Positions 8,879-19,233 are shown, counted from the first letter of the stretch. The stretch: 64,000 nt of DNA from Planctomycetota bacterium (GCA_038212275.1 JBBQUR010000008.1:32001-96000); one strand, 5' to 3'. Made by a program: numbers and translations. The notes: generated by a model not told the origin, from the letters alone.

Positions 8879-11800
8879 TCATTCCGGCGAACTGGCGGTC
8901 CCCGGCACGATACCCGTCGATGCGCCCCTTGTCGCCGATGACGGCCCGTGTGCCACGGCACCGGTGGCCGTTGCTCCGTGCACGACGTCACCCGTGGCGG
9001 CCGCCGCGGGCACGGCTGCGCCGTGCGCGGCGCGCCTGCCGAAGCGATGCGCCAGTCCATCCATGAGCACGTAGATCACCGGCGTGACGTAGAGCGTCAC
9101 GATCTGCGAGAAGAGCAGGCCGCCGACGACGGCGAGGCCGAGCGGGCGGCGCGACTCGGCGCCGGCGCCGTAGCCCAGTGCGATCGGCAGCGTGCCCATG
9201 AGCGCGGCCATCGTGGTCATCATGATCGGGCGGAAGCGCACGATGCAGGCCTTGTAGATGGCCTCCGCAGCGGGCAGGCCGTCGTTGCGCTCGGCCTCCA
9301 CCGCGAAGTCCACCATCATGATGCCGTTCTTCTTCACGAGGCCGATGAGCAGGATCACGCCGACGAAGCCGTAGAGCGACAGCTCCACGCGGAAGAGCAT
9401 CAGCGTCGCGATCGCGCCGAAGCCGGCGAAGGGCAGCGCGGAGAGAATGGTCAGCGGGTGGATGAAGCTCTCGTACAGGATCCCGAGAATCAGATACATG
9501 ACCAGCACCGCCATGAGCAGCAGCATGCCCAGCCCCTGCAGCGACGACTCGAAGACCTGAGCCGTGCCCTGGAAGCTGGTGGAGATCTGCGGCGGCAGCA
9601 TGCGGCCCGCCAGCGCATCGACGGCCTTCACCGTGGGGCCGAGCGAGGTCCCCGGCGCCAGGTTGAACGAGACCGTCACGGCGGGCAGCTGCCCGAGGTG
9701 GTTCACCGTGAGCGGGCCGACGCCCGTCGTGCGCGTGGTCACCGCCGCCAGCGGCACGAGCTTGCCGGTGTTGGCGCGCACGTAGACCTGGTCGAGCCAT
9801 GACGGGTCCGCCTGGAACTCCGGCGCCAGCTCGAGGATGACCTGATAGGAATTCGTCGGCGCGTAGATCGTCGACACCTGCCGCGTGCCGAAGCAGTCGC
9901 TCAGCGTGAGCTGCACCTGCTCGGGCGTCACGCCCAGCGACGCGGCCCTGTCGCGGTCGATTTCCACCTGCAGCTGCGGGTTCTTGAGCTGCAGGTCGGT
10001 GCTGACGTCCTGCACGCCGGGCAGCGCGGCGATGGCGTCGGCCAGCGGCGGCACGTGCTCGATGAGCGGCGCGGTGTCCGTGGCCTGCAGCGTGTACTGG
10101 TACTGGCTCCGGGTCACCTGCCCGCCGATGCGGATGGGCGGCAGGCTCTGCGGATAGCAGCGCAGGCCGACGATCGTCGCGAAGCGGCCGCGCAGATCCT
10201 GGATGATCTCGGCGGCCGACTTGCTGCGTTCGTCGCGCGGCTTGAGGCGCAGGAAGAGCGAGCCGGTGTTCGTGGCCAGCGCCTGCGCCCCGCGCGCGCC
10301 GATGCTGGACATGAAGCCATCCACGTTCGGGTCGGCCTTCACGATGGCGGCGGCCTGAGCCTGCAGCGCCACCATCGCCTGGAAGGAGGTCCCCTCGGCG
10401 GCCTCGGTGGGCACGGAGATGCGGTTGGTGTCCTCGTCGGGCAAAAAACCCTTGGGAATCGCCTCGAACATGAACACCGTGGCGACGAGCACCGCCACCG
10501 AGAAGAGCAGCGTGAGCACGCGCCGGCGCAGCGCCCATTGCAGGCTGCGGTCGTAAACCGCAAGCATGGCATTCATGCCGCGCTCGGTCGCCCGGTACAT
10601 CCGGCCGTGCGTCTCCTCTTCCGGCGGGCGCAGGAAGCGGCTGCACAGCATCGGCGTGAGCGTCAGCGAGACGACGCCCGAGATGAGGATGGCCACCGCG
10701 ATGGTCACCGCGAATTCGTTGAGCAGCCGCCCCACGAGCCCGCCCATGAACAGCACCGGGATGAACACCGCCACCAGCGACACCGTCATCGACAGGATGG
10801 TGAAGCCGATCTCCCGGCTGCCCGCGATGGAGGCCTCCAGCGGCCCCTTGCCCAGCTCCATGTGCCGCACGATGTTCTCGAGCACGACGATCGCGTCGTC
10901 CACGACGAAGCCCACGCTGAGCGTGAGCGCGAGCAGCGAGAGATTGTCCACGCTGAAGCCGAGCACGTGCATCACGGCAAAGGTGCCGACGATGGAGAGC
11001 GGCATGGCGAGGCTGGGGATGAGCGTGGCGCGCGGGCTGCGCAGGAAGAGGAAGATGACCGCCACCACGAGCGCGAGCGTCAGCACGAGCGTGAACTTGA
11101 CCTCGTCCACCGAGTCGCGGATCGAGGCCGAGCGGTCGTACAGCGTCCGGATCGAGACCGATGCGGGCAGTACCGCGCGAAAGGAAGGCAGCAGCTGCTG
11201 CACGGCCTGCACGACCTCCACGGTGTTGGTGCCCGGCTGCCGCTGCACGGCGAGGATCATGCCGCGCTCGTCCGTGAACCACGCCGCGGTGCGGTCGTTC
11301 TCGACGCTGTCCACGACGTGGCCCAGCTCCTCCAGCCGCACGGGGTTGCCGTGGCGCCACGCGACGATGGCCGGCCGCCAGTCCGCCGCCTGCGGGAGCT
11401 GCCCGTTGCTTCGGATCGTGAAGGACTTGTCGGCGCCCTGCAGCAGGCCCGTGGGCCGGTTCACGTTGAGGTCCGCGACCGCCTGCGCCACCTCATCCAC
11501 GCCGAGGCCGCGCGAGGCCAGCTCGCGCGGGTCGAGCCGGATGCGCACGGCGTGCTTCTGCGCGCCGTAGACCTGCACCTGCGCCACGCCGTTGATCATC
11601 GAGATGCGCTGGCTCATCAGCGTCTCGGCGTATTCGTCGAGCACGGACAGCGGCAGCGTGGGCGAGGTCACCGCGAGGTAGAGCACCGGCGAGTCGGCCG
11701 GATTCACCTTCTTGTAGCTGGGCGGCGTCGGCATCTCCTGCGGCAGCTCGCGACCGGCGCGCGAGATGGCGGCCTGCACGTCCTGCGCGGCCGCGTCGAT

Positions 11801-12100
11801 GTCACGGTCCAGCGCGAATTGCAGCGTGACCTGCGTGCTGCCCTGCAGGCTGCTGCTGTTCATCGAGTCGATGCCGGCGATCGTCGAGAATTCGCGCTCG
11901 AGCGGCGTGGCCACGGAGCTGGCCATCGTCTCCGGACTCGCGCCGGGCAGCGCCGCCGTGACCTGGATGGTCGGGAAGTCCACGTTGGGCAGGTCGCTCA
12001 CGGGCAGCAGCCCGTACGCCAGCAGGCCGAAGCCGAGGATGGCCAGCATGACCAGCGTGGTCATGACCGGCCGCCGGATGCACAGCTCCGAGACGTTCAT
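8879..12100 (-). CDS. RND efflux transporter permease (MdtB/MdtC-like, AcrB family)
   Basis: CIRRPVMTTL, LPVSDLPNVDFPTIQV, GFVVDDAIVVLENI, GLVKKNGIMMVDFA and RFRPIMMTT motifs. Confidence 0.96.
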   Translation of the reverse strand: MNVSELCIRRPVMTTLVMLAILGFGLLAYGLLPVSDLPNVDFPTIQVTAALPGASPETMASSVATPLEREFSTIAGIDSMNSSSLQGSTQVTLQFALDRDIDAAAQDVQAAISRAGRELPQEMPTPPSYKKVNPADSPVLYLAVTSPTLPLSVLDEYAETLMSQRISMINGVAQVQVYGAQKHAVRIRLDPRELASRGLGVDEVAQAVADLNVNRPTGLLQGADKSFTIRSNGQLPQAADWRPAIVAWRHGNPVRLEELGHVVDSVENDRTAAWFTDERGMILAVQRQPGTNTVEVVQAVQQLLPSFRAVLPASVSIRTLYDRSASIRDSVDEVKFTLVLTLALVVAVIFLFLRSPRATLIPSLAMPLSIVGTFAVMHVLGFSVDNLSLLALTLSVGFVVDDAIVVLENIVRHMELGKGPLEASIAGSREIGFTILSMTVSLVAVFIPVLFMGGLVGRLLNEFAVTIAVAILISGVVSLTLTPMLCSRFLRPPEEETHGRMYRATERGMNAMLAVYDRSLQWALRRRVLTLLFSVAVLVATVFMFEAIPKGFLPDEDTNRISVPTEAAEGTSFQAMVALQAQAAAIVKADPNVDGFMSSIGARGAQALATNTGSLFLRLKPRDERSKSAAEIIQDLRGRFATIVGLRCYPQSLPPIRIGGQVTRSQYQYTLQATDTAPLIEHVPPLADAIAALPGVQDVSTDLQLKNPQLQVEIDRDRAASLGVTPEQVQLTLSDCFGTRQVSTIYAPTNSYQVILELAPEFQADPSWLDQVYVRANTGKLVPLAAVTTRTTGVGPLTVNHLGQLPAVTVSFNLAPGTSLGPTVKAVDALAGRMLPPQISTSFQGTAQVFESSLQGLGMLLLMAVLVMYLILGILYESFIHPLTILSALPFAGFGAIATLMLFRVELSLYGFVGVILLIGLVKKNGIMMVDFAVEAERNDGLPAAEAIYKACIVRFRPIMMTTMAALMGTLPIALGYGAGAESRRPLGLAVVGGLLFSQIVTLYVTPVIYVLMDGLAHRFGRRAAHGAAVPAAAATGDVVHGATATGAVAHGPSSATRGASTGIVPGTASSPE

Positions 12101-12113
12101 CGCGGCCGCCTGC

Positions 12114-13277
12114 TCACGTGTCGAAGCTCACCGCGGCGCCGTCCACGAGGCGCAGCTGGCCGTCAGTCACGACGGTCTCGCCCTCCGTCACGCCCTCGGC
12201 AAGCAGCGTGTCGGCGCCCGCCGTGCGCTGCACGGTCACCGCGCGCAGCGTGACGGTGCCGTCGTCGCGCACGACGAAGACGAAGTCGCCCTGCTGGCCT
12301 GTCTGCACGGCGCGCGCCGGCACCACGAGCGCGCCGACGTCGGTGCTCAGCTCCAGCGCGATGTCCACGTACTGGCCCGGCCACAGCGCGCGGTCGGCAT
12401 TCGCGAAGGTGGCCATGAGGCGGATCGTGCCCGTGCTGCTGTCCACCGCGTTGTCGATGAAGCTCAGCGTGCCGTTCACCGCCGCGCCGCCGCCGGGCGT
12501 GGCCACTGCGGCCAGCGGCGCCTGCCGCTGCTGCGCGCGGATCTCGGGCAGCCTGTCCTGCGGCACGGCGAAGGAGGCGCGGATCGGGACCACCTGGCTG
12601 ATCGTGAGCAGCTCCGTCTCGTTGGCCTTGACCACGCTGCCGACGCGCACGCCCAGCAAGCCGGTGCGCCCGTCGAAGGGAGCGCGCAGCGTGCAGTAGT
12701 CCAGTTTCAGCCGCGCGGTCTCGAGCATGGCCTGGTCGGCGGCCACGACGGCGCGTGCGGCGTCCGCCGAGGCGTGCGCCTGCTGCTGCGCGCGCTCCGA
12801 GACGGCGCGGGCATCCTTCACCGACGCCATCTGCTCGACCTCGAGCGCGGCATCCGCGGCCGTGGCCTGGTCGCGCGCGAGCGATGCTTCGGCGAGCTGC
12901 ACGGCGGAGCGCGCCGGGCGATCATCCAGCACGACGAGCACGTCGCCGGCCTTCACGTCGTCGCCCTCGTCGAAGCGCACGCCGACGACGCGGCCCTCCA
13001 CCTGCGGCTTGAGCACCACCGACGCCGGCGACACCACCATGCCCACCGCGTGCAGCCGCAGCGGCACGTCGCGTCGCTGCACCTTCGCTACGGACACCGG
13101 CGCGACGGACACCGGCGCGACGGGCGCCGCGGTCGTCGCTCCCGCGGACGACTCGCCACCTTCGCCACCTTCGCCGCCGCAGGCCGGCAGCCACGCGAGC
13201 AGCAGCCCGAGCGCCGGGAGCGCATGTCGCAAGTGGCCTCTCGCGCCCGACATCCCGCCCCACATCCGATGCCTCAT
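12114..13277 (-). CDS. RND periplasmic adaptor (MdtA-like membrane fusion protein)
   Basis: Lipobox-like LPA-C, PQVEGRV..F.EG..VKAGD, LRAPFDGRTG, FIDNAVDSSTGTI and LWPGQYV. Confidence 0.93.
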   Translation of the reverse strand: MRHRMWGGMSGARGHLRHALPALGLLLAWLPACGGEGGEGGESSAGATTAAPVAPVSVAPVSVAKVQRRDVPLRLHAVGMVVSPASVVLKPQVEGRVVGVRFDEGDDVKAGDVLVVLDDRPARSAVQLAEASLARDQATAADAALEVEQMASVKDARAVSERAQQQAHASADAARAVVAADQAMLETARLKLDYCTLRAPFDGRTGLLGVRVGSVVKANETELLTISQVVPIRASFAVPQDRLPEIRAQQRQAPLAAVATPGGGAAVNGTLSFIDNAVDSSTGTIRLMATFANADRALWPGQYVDIALELSTDVGALVVPARAVQTGQQGDFVFVVRDDGTVTLRAVTVQRTAGADTLLAEGVTEGETVVTDGQLRLVDGAAVSFDT

Positions 13278-13663
13278 GGCCAGAGTCTCCGTCCACCGTC
13301 CGCGGCTGCCGTCCGTCGCGCGGCGCGATGCGGCGCGTCACGGACGGACGCGTCCGTCCGAACAGCCTGCCCGAGAGCCGCGCCGCACGCAATGATTCAC
13401 TGCGGCCGCCCCTCCGGAGCAAGGGGCGCAGCGTGCAGGCTCGCAGGCTGAAGCTGCACGCCGAGGGGCGAGCGCAGCAGGGGCGTGGCATGCGGTCGGA
13501 TGACGAGAGCGAGGCGCACGGGATGAGGCACGCGGGAGGAGGCCGAAGTGCACCAGCAGCGCACCGTCACACCGCACGCGACGCCCCCGCGGCGCTCATC
13601 GGCATTGATCGCACCGCCGGGTGATGATTCACTCACGGGCAACAACCCCGTTGAGGACATGGC

Positions 13664-14620
13664 ATGGCATTGCATTCGATGAGCACGACCGAGATCCGCC
13701 GCGAGCTGGAGCGTCGCGAGGCCGGCGCGAAGAAGCTGCTGGATCAGCACGCCTGGCTGTCGACGCGCCTGGCCGAACTGGCGACGAAGCTCGATGAGCT
13801 TGGCGAGGCGGCGGACCGTCCCGCGCGCCGCGGCCGCAAGCCCGGTCGTTCGAAGGGCGGCGCCTCCGCGTCGGCCGGCAGCACGGGCAAGGCGCCGTCG
13901 GGCGGCAAGCGCGCGAAGAATTCGATGAGCCTCGTCGATGCCGTGAGCAAGGTCGTGGCCGCAGGCCGCACCGTCTCCCCCGCCGACGTGCTGGCCTCGG
14001 TGAAGTCGATTTACAAGTCCACCAGCAAGAACCTCGGCATGATGGTCGCGAACACGCTGGCCAAGCATCCTGAGTTCAAGCGCCTCGGTCGCGGACAGTA
14101 CCAGCGCCTCGTCGGCAAGGCTCAGCCGGCCGCCGCAGCGAAGAGTGCCGCGAAGCCGGCGAAGAAGGCACAATCGGCAACGAAGCCAAAGCGCGCGAAG
14201 GTCGCAAAGGTCGCAAAGGTCGCAAAGGTCGCAAGGGTCGCAAGGGTCGCAAAGGTCGCAAAGGTCGCAAGGGTCGCAAACGTCGCGAAGGTCGCGAAGG
14301 TCGCGAAGCAGGCACCCAAGGGCGGCAAGGCCACGTCGGCGAAGAAGGCCGACACGCCGAAGGCGGCCCGTGCCGCGCAGCCCGCGAAGCCCGCAAAGCC
14401 CGCGAAGACGAGCGGACCGGCGAAGGCGACAAAAGCAGCGAAGACCGGCAATCCGCCCCGCAAGGCGAAGGCGGCGAAGAAGACCCGCTCGAACAAGAAG
14501 CCGCGGGCAGGCAAGTCAGCGCCGAAGTCCACGCCGGCGACGTCCGCCGCGTCGACAAGCGTGGCCGTGAAGCCGGCACTTTCGGCGGCCACACCGAAGC
14601 TGCTCGACATCTCCACCTGA
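13664..14620 (+). CDS. Putative nucleoid-associated protein: coiled coil + winged-helix-like domain + Lys/Ala/Pro-rich H1-like tail
   Basis: GAGGA RBS. N-terminal heptad helix, then SLVDAVSKVV...VSPADVL...NLGMMVANTL...FKRLGRGQY, then about 170 aa of K/A/P low-complexity sequence. Confidence 0.75.
   Translation: MALHSMSTTEIRRELERREAGAKKLLDQHAWLSTRLAELATKLDELGEAADRPARRGRKPGRSKGGASASAGSTGKAPSGGKRAKNSMSLVDAVSKVVAAGRTVSPADVLASVKSIYKSTSKNLGMMVANTLAKHPEFKRLGRGQYQRLVGKAQPAAAAKSAAKPAKKAQSATKPKRAKVAKVAKVAKVARVARVAKVAKVARVANVAKVAKVAKQAPKGGKATSAKKADTPKAARAAQPAKPAKPAKTSGPAKATKAAKTGNPPRKAKAAKKTRSNKKPRAGKSAPKSTPATSAASTSVAVKPALSAATPKLLDIST
14195..14308 (+). repeat. 9-bp tandem repeat (GC[A/G]AAGGTC-type) x12.7 encoding (A-K/R-V)n
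   Basis: Directly visible; translates to AKVAKVAKVAKVARVARVAKVAKVARVANVAKVAKVAK. Confidence 0.95.
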
Positions 14621-14756
14621 GCGTCGCGTGAACGAGACATCGCGTCGGGCCGCGCTCGCGCGGGCCCGACGCGATGTCCTGCACGGCGCCGTGTCCTGCG
14701 TGCCTCGGTCCGCGGCGCCCGGGCGAGTGGCCCGACCCTCCGCGCGGCACGCACGC

Positions 14757-16082
14757 TCAGCTTCCGATGACTTCCTTCAGGCCGTTGGAAGCGGACACGC
14801 CATGCGCTGCCTGCGGGTCGGCGGCGAAAACCTGGTGGTACAGCTCCAGTCCGACGAGGTTGGGCTGAGTCGGGACGACGAACTGCATCGTCGCGTCGCC
14901 AGCGCCGGCACCGACGCCGGGCAGCGCGAACGCCAGCGGCACGAAGAGCGCGCCCGACGGATCCACGAGCAAGGACGCGCCCTTGAGCTTGGCGGCGCCC
15001 CGCGGCAGCGAGCCCGTTCCGATGAACATCACGGCCGGCGCGCCGCCGACGAAGTCCAGCAGCTCGAAGCCGACGGTCTGGCCGCCGCACGGCGAGAAGA
15101 TCGCGCGGAACTTCGGCGTCAGCCCGCCACTGCCCGGCTCGCCCTGGCCGTACATGCTGAAGCGGCCGGTGCACGTCGTCACGTCCTCGGGCGCGGACAC
15201 GCCGTCGAGTTCGCCGATCGCCGGGTCGCTGAAGATGACCGTCATGTTGCCGAGGGCATCGATGCGCACGACCTTGCCGGGCCGCCCCGACACGATGAGT
15301 CCGCCGGAGCGCGAGAGTTTGATGTCGTTCGGGTTGTGGATCTTGTCCGGGTCGGCCGGCACGAAGATGTCGCCCTCGCCGGTGTCGATGCGGAAGCGGG
15401 CGATCGTCGACGTGCCGTAGTTGGCGAGGAAGAGATTGCCCGCGCCGTCCAGCGCGAGGCCGCCGGGCTGCGAGATGAAGTCGGCATCCGAGAAGAGCGT
15501 GGCGTGTCCCTGCGCATCGATGCGGATGATCGTGTCGTCGCCGAGGTTCGCGACGAAGAGATTGCCCGCATCGTCGTAGGCCATGCCGTCCGGGATGTTC
15601 AGCAGTCCGTCGGTGGACACCGCGTCGTGCATGAGCACCTGACTGCCGTCGTAGCCGATACGCAGGATCATGCTGGCCGCCATGTCCGACACGACGAAGG
15701 CCCGTCCATCGGGCGACGGGATGCACGTGACCGGCATCTGCAGGTGGCCGCCGCTGCTGAGCACCGAGCGCGTGCCGTCCGGCGCGATCTTCATGATGGC
15801 CACGAAGCCGCGATCGGGCACGTAGAAGTTGCCGTCGGGAGCAACCCAGCCGTAGTGCGGAATGTCCATCGGGTGCGCCCACGCGGCGCCGACGCCCGTC
15901 TCGCCGTCCACGCGCCAGATGGCGCCGACGCTCGGCGCGGACAGCAGCAGGTCCTTGGGGCCGAGCTGTGCGCCGGCGCCCTGAGCATCGGCGCCCTGGG
16001 CGCCAAGAGTTGCCGCCATCAGGCCGGCAAGGATCGGGACACCGCAGGCACGAAGGCCGACACGACACGAAGTGAACTGCAT
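14757..16082 (-). CDS. Secreted NHL/SMP-30-like beta-propeller protein with the shared C-terminal domain
   Basis: Signal peptide, repeats PDGMAYDDAGNLFVAN and PGGLALDGAGNLFLAN, and C-terminus LYHQVFAADPQAAHGVSASNGLKEVIGS. Confidence 0.8.
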   Translation of the reverse strand: MQFTSCRVGLRACGVPILAGLMAATLGAQGADAQGAGAQLGPKDLLLSAPSVGAIWRVDGETGVGAAWAHPMDIPHYGWVAPDGNFYVPDRGFVAIMKIAPDGTRSVLSSGGHLQMPVTCIPSPDGRAFVVSDMAASMILRIGYDGSQVLMHDAVSTDGLLNIPDGMAYDDAGNLFVANLGDDTIIRIDAQGHATLFSDADFISQPGGLALDGAGNLFLANYGTSTIARFRIDTGEGDIFVPADPDKIHNPNDIKLSRSGGLIVSGRPGKVVRIDALGNMTVIFSDPAIGELDGVSAPEDVTTCTGRFSMYGQGEPGSGGLTPKFRAIFSPCGGQTVGFELLDFVGGAPAVMFIGTGSLPRGAAKLKGASLLVDPSGALFVPLAFALPGVGAGAGDATMQFVVPTQPNLVGLELYHQVFAADPQAAHGVSASNGLKEVIGS

Positions 16083-16211
16083 GACAGCATTCTCCCGGGA
16101 CTGGTGAGCAGGCGTCGGACAGGCGCGCAAGCGGGCCACCCGTCGACGACGACACGGGTTCTCACCGGGAGCGCACCGCGGGCGTCACACGCCCGTCGAC
16201 GCGGAGCCGCC

Positions 16212-16550
16212 TCAGTGCAGCACCAGCCAGAGCAGGATGCAGATCACGAGCAGCAGGCACACGGCGGCCACCTGCCGCTTGCGCAGCGCAGCGCGTGAGG
16301 GGCGACGGTCGTCGCTCAGGCCTTCGTTCCGCAGAAAGTCCTCGTAGTCGGCCTGCTCGTCGCCGTCTTCTTCGTCTTCTTCGTCGTCGTCACCTGTCGC
16401 GCCGTATCCGACGGGCAGGTCTCCCGCCCAGGCCTCGGCGTCCTCCGACCAGCCGCTCTGCGCGTCCGAGCCGCATGCGGCGCACGCGAGCGCTCCCGAA
16501 GCGACCTGCGCTCCGCAATGCGGGCAAGGGAAGGTCCTGCGTCGTCTCAA
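16212..16550 (-). CDS. Small zinc-ribbon protein with acidic linker and C-terminal TM helix
   Basis: CPHCG...CAACGSD, DDDEEDEEDGDE and a hydrophobic C-terminus. The TTG start overlaps the upstream TGA. Confidence 0.7.
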   Translation of the reverse strand: MRRRRTFPCPHCGAQVASGALACAACGSDAQSGWSEDAEAWAGDLPVGYGATGDDDEEDEEDGDEQADYEDFLRNEGLSDDRRPSRAALRKRQVAAVCLLLVICILLWLVLH

Positions 16551-17146
16551 CAGGTCTCGTGCTTCCAGTGGCGGCGCTTGCCGGCGGCCATCCACTCCAT
16601 GGCCTGCGCGATGCGGCGGGCGCGCGTCTCGTCGCGCCTGGCCTCGGCAATCCACTCGAGGTACTCGCGCTGGCAGCTCGGAGGAAAGCCGTCGAAGCAT
16701 GCACGCGCCTTCTTGTTCCCGGCGAACGCGGCCTTCAGCTCGGGGTGCATCGGCAGCGCCTTCTTCGGCAGCGTCTTGCCGCGCTTCACAGCGATGCCCT
16801 CGTCATTGAGCTTCGCGGCCTTCCTGAGGTAGCCGACGAGCACCTTCTTCGAGGGCAGGTCGGACAGCGTCTTCAGGCTGCCGAAACTTCCCATCGCCTC
16901 GCGCGCCTTGCCGTCGTCTCCCACGACGAGCGCGTGCTTCCAGAAGCCGAAGGCGGCGTGCTGCTTGAAGGCGGCCATGTGGCAGAAGGGGCCCTTGTAC
17001 TCGAAGGCGGGCATGCTCCACTTCACGGTCTCGACGACGTCCGGGCACGCCGCGTGCACCAGCTCGCGCAGGTGCCGCAGGATCGGCTGCGCGAAGGGCG
17101 CGGCCTTGCTGATGTAGGTGTCGACGCGCTTGTCCCGGCTTCCCAT
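16547..17146 (-). CDS. YdeI/OmpD-associated family protein (DUF1801 + OmdA-like)
   Basis: RVDTYISKAAPFAQPILRHLRELVH..CPDVVETVKWSMP and EYLEWIAEARRDETRARR. Confidence 0.9.
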   Translation of the reverse strand: MGSRDKRVDTYISKAAPFAQPILRHLRELVHAACPDVVETVKWSMPAFEYKGPFCHMAAFKQHAAFGFWKHALVVGDDGKAREAMGSFGSLKTLSDLPSKKVLVGYLRKAAKLNDEGIAVKRGKTLPKKALPMHPELKAAFAGNKKARACFDGFPPSCQREYLEWIAEARRDETRARRIAQAMEWMAAGKRRHWKHETC

Positions 17147-17164
17147 GAACGATCCTCCCCGAGT

Positions 17165-18187
17165 TCAGCCGCGCAGGTGCGCGAGCACGTGTTCCACTTC
17201 CGCGGTGCTGCCGAGGATCACCGGCGTGCGCTGGTGAATGGCCGTGGGCTGCACGTCGAGGATGCGCTGATCCGGCGCGACGAAGGCGGCGCCGCCGGCC
17301 TGCTCGATGAGCATCGCCATCGGGTTGGCCTCGTACATGAGGCGCAGCTTGCCGGACGGCGACTTCTTCGTCGGCGGGTACATGAAGACGCCGCCCTGCA
17401 GCAGTACGCGGTGCACGTCGCCCACCATCGCGCCGACGTAGCGGCTCGAGTAGCCGTTGCCCTGCGCCCAGGCGAGGTAGCGCTGGTAGCCGTCGGGCAT
17501 CGAGAGCCGGTGACCCTCGTTGACGGAGTAGGTCTTGTTCACGGCCGGAATCCGCAGCTGTCGCTCCACGAGCACGAAGGCGCCGATGGCCGGGTCCAGC
17601 ACGAAGAGGTCCACGCCCGAGCCGAGCGTGAGTGCGAAGAGCGTCGAGGAGCCGTAGATCACGTAGCCCGCCGCCACCTGCTGGCAGCCTGGCTGCAGCA
17701 GCGAGTCCTCCGCGCGCTTCGCGCGCCGGTCGTGCTTCAGGATGCTGAAGATCGTGCCGACGCTCCCGGCGATGTCCAGATTGGACGAGCCGTCCAGCGG
17801 ATCGAACAGCACGCAGTAGCCGCGCGGCCCCTCGGCCAGCTCGCGGATGATGACCGGCTCGTCGTTCTCTTCCGAGGCGACGATGGCCACGCCCTCGCGC
17901 CCGCCGAGCGTGCGCAGCAGCACCTCGTTGGCGATGACGTCGAGCTTCTGCTGCTGCTCGCCCTGCACGTTCTCCGCACCCGCGCCGCCGAGAACGTCCT
18001 CGAGCCGTGCCCGACGCACGCGCGACGCGATGATCTTGGCGGAGATGGACAGCGCCGAGAGAATCCACGACAGGGTGCCTGTCGCCTCCGGATGCGTGGC
18101 CTGCTGCTGCAGGATGTGCCCCTGCAGCGTGACGATCTGGCCGTAGCGGCCTGCCAGCGCGGAAGCCTGGTCCGGGGCGGCGCTCAT
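17165..18187 (-). CDS. fbp: Class I fructose-1,6-bisphosphatase
   Basis: NVQGEQQQKLDVIAN, ASEE, FDPLDGSSN, RYVGAMVGDVHRVLLQGGVFMYP and GKLRLMYEANP. Confidence 0.97.
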   Translation of the reverse strand: MSAAPDQASALAGRYGQIVTLQGHILQQQATHPEATGTLSWILSALSISAKIIASRVRRARLEDVLGGAGAENVQGEQQQKLDVIANEVLLRTLGGREGVAIVASEENDEPVIIRELAEGPRGYCVLFDPLDGSSNLDIAGSVGTIFSILKHDRRAKRAEDSLLQPGCQQVAAGYVIYGSSTLFALTLGSGVDLFVLDPAIGAFVLVERQLRIPAVNKTYSVNEGHRLSMPDGYQRYLAWAQGNGYSSRYVGAMVGDVHRVLLQGGVFMYPPTKKSPSGKLRLMYEANPMAMLIEQAGGAAFVAPDQRILDVQPTAIHQRTPVILGSTAEVEHVLAHLRG

Positions 18188-18356
18188 GCGAGGACTCCGT
18201 GAAAGGTGCGGGACGAGGCCTGTCTGCCTGACCGATGCGGTGCACACCCCGCTGCCGGAGATCGGTCGCGCAGGTTCTCGCACACTCCGGCGAGGTGGGC
18301 AACACCAGCGTCACGACCCGGCCCGCGCGAACGCCTCCACCCGGCGCGCCTCCACC

Positions 18357-18902
18357 TCACTTCGGCTTGCGGAAGCGCCACAGCATCCAGGTGACGACGG
18401 CCATCATCGCGAACAGGTAGGCGCCCATCAGCGGAAGGAAGGGCGTCGAGAGGTCGGGCGCCGCGACGGCGCCCGACCCGCTCGCGTCGCCTCCCGTGCC
18501 GCGCGCGATCTCGGCATTCAGCGCGAAGAGACCCTGAAAAATCACGAGCAGGAGCAGCAGCGTCGTGCATCCGATGGCCAGCAGCCCGGAGGCCATGTGC
18601 GCCAGGGACTCCGCGCGATGCGGCGGCGCGAGCCAGTAGTCCTTGTGCGGCAGGTTGATGAGGGCGTCGGGGATCTTCTCCAGCAGCAGCGGCAGCACGA
18701 GGAACATGCCGGCCATGAACACGTCCAGCCCGAGCGTCACCGCGAGGAACTCCGTGCGGGACATCCAGCCGTTCACGCGGTTGTCGAGGTCGAAGTGCGA
18801 GGCGATCCGCTCGGGGAGCTGCGGCCACCAGTAGGCGACCTGCACGAAGAGCGCCAGCGCGAGCAGGCACATCAACAGGGTCAGCACGCGTTTCAGGGGC
18901 AT
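18357..18902 (-). CDS. DUF1648 / SdpI-like membrane protein
   Basis: WPQLPERIASHFDLDNRVNGW, LINLPHKDYW and four TM segments. Confidence 0.8.
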   Translation of the reverse strand: MPLKRVLTLLMCLLALALFVQVAYWWPQLPERIASHFDLDNRVNGWMSRTEFLAVTLGLDVFMAGMFLVLPLLLEKIPDALINLPHKDYWLAPPHRAESLAHMASGLLAIGCTTLLLLLVIFQGLFALNAEIARGTGGDASGSGAVAAPDLSTPFLPLMGAYLFAMMAVVTWMLWRFRKPK

Positions 18903-18912
18903 CGGGCCCGGC

Positions 18913-19233
18913 CTACAGGGTCACGGGTTCGAAGTGCGGGAACATCTCCGCGGATTCGGCGAGATCCGAGAGCTTCACGCAATCGCTGAGTGCGAAGAAG
19001 CGGCTCCAGATCGCCTGCACGCCGACATTGTGGTGCGCCGCCGCCACGGCCTCCTCGGACTTCCACTCGAAGAGTTCGAGCAGCGTGCCGTCGCCTGCGC
19101 GCAGCACGACGGAAGGCCGATCCGTCGCCAGCCCCTCCTTGCGCAGCGCGGGCAGGTGGTCTCGGACGCAGTTCAGCAGCGCCGCATCCTGGCCGGGCTT
19201 CGGGCGATAACACGCGATGACGAGATGACCCAT
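18913..19233 (-). CDS. Small conserved protein, probable dimeric alpha-beta barrel (ABM-like)
   Basis: MGHLVIACYRPKPGQ...ELFEWKSEEAVAAAH...; GGAGG RBS. Confidence 0.7.
   Translation of the reverse strand: MGHLVIACYRPKPGQDAALLNCVRDHLPALRKEGLATDRPSVVLRAGDGTLLELFEWKSEEAVAAAHHNVGVQAIWSRFFALSDCVKLSDLAESAEMFPHFEPVTL

Noticed and set aside
13392..13633. Direct repeat ATGATTCACT (13392 and 13624) between divergent genes
   Set aside because: Only two 10-mers about 230 bp apart; not enough to call an operator.
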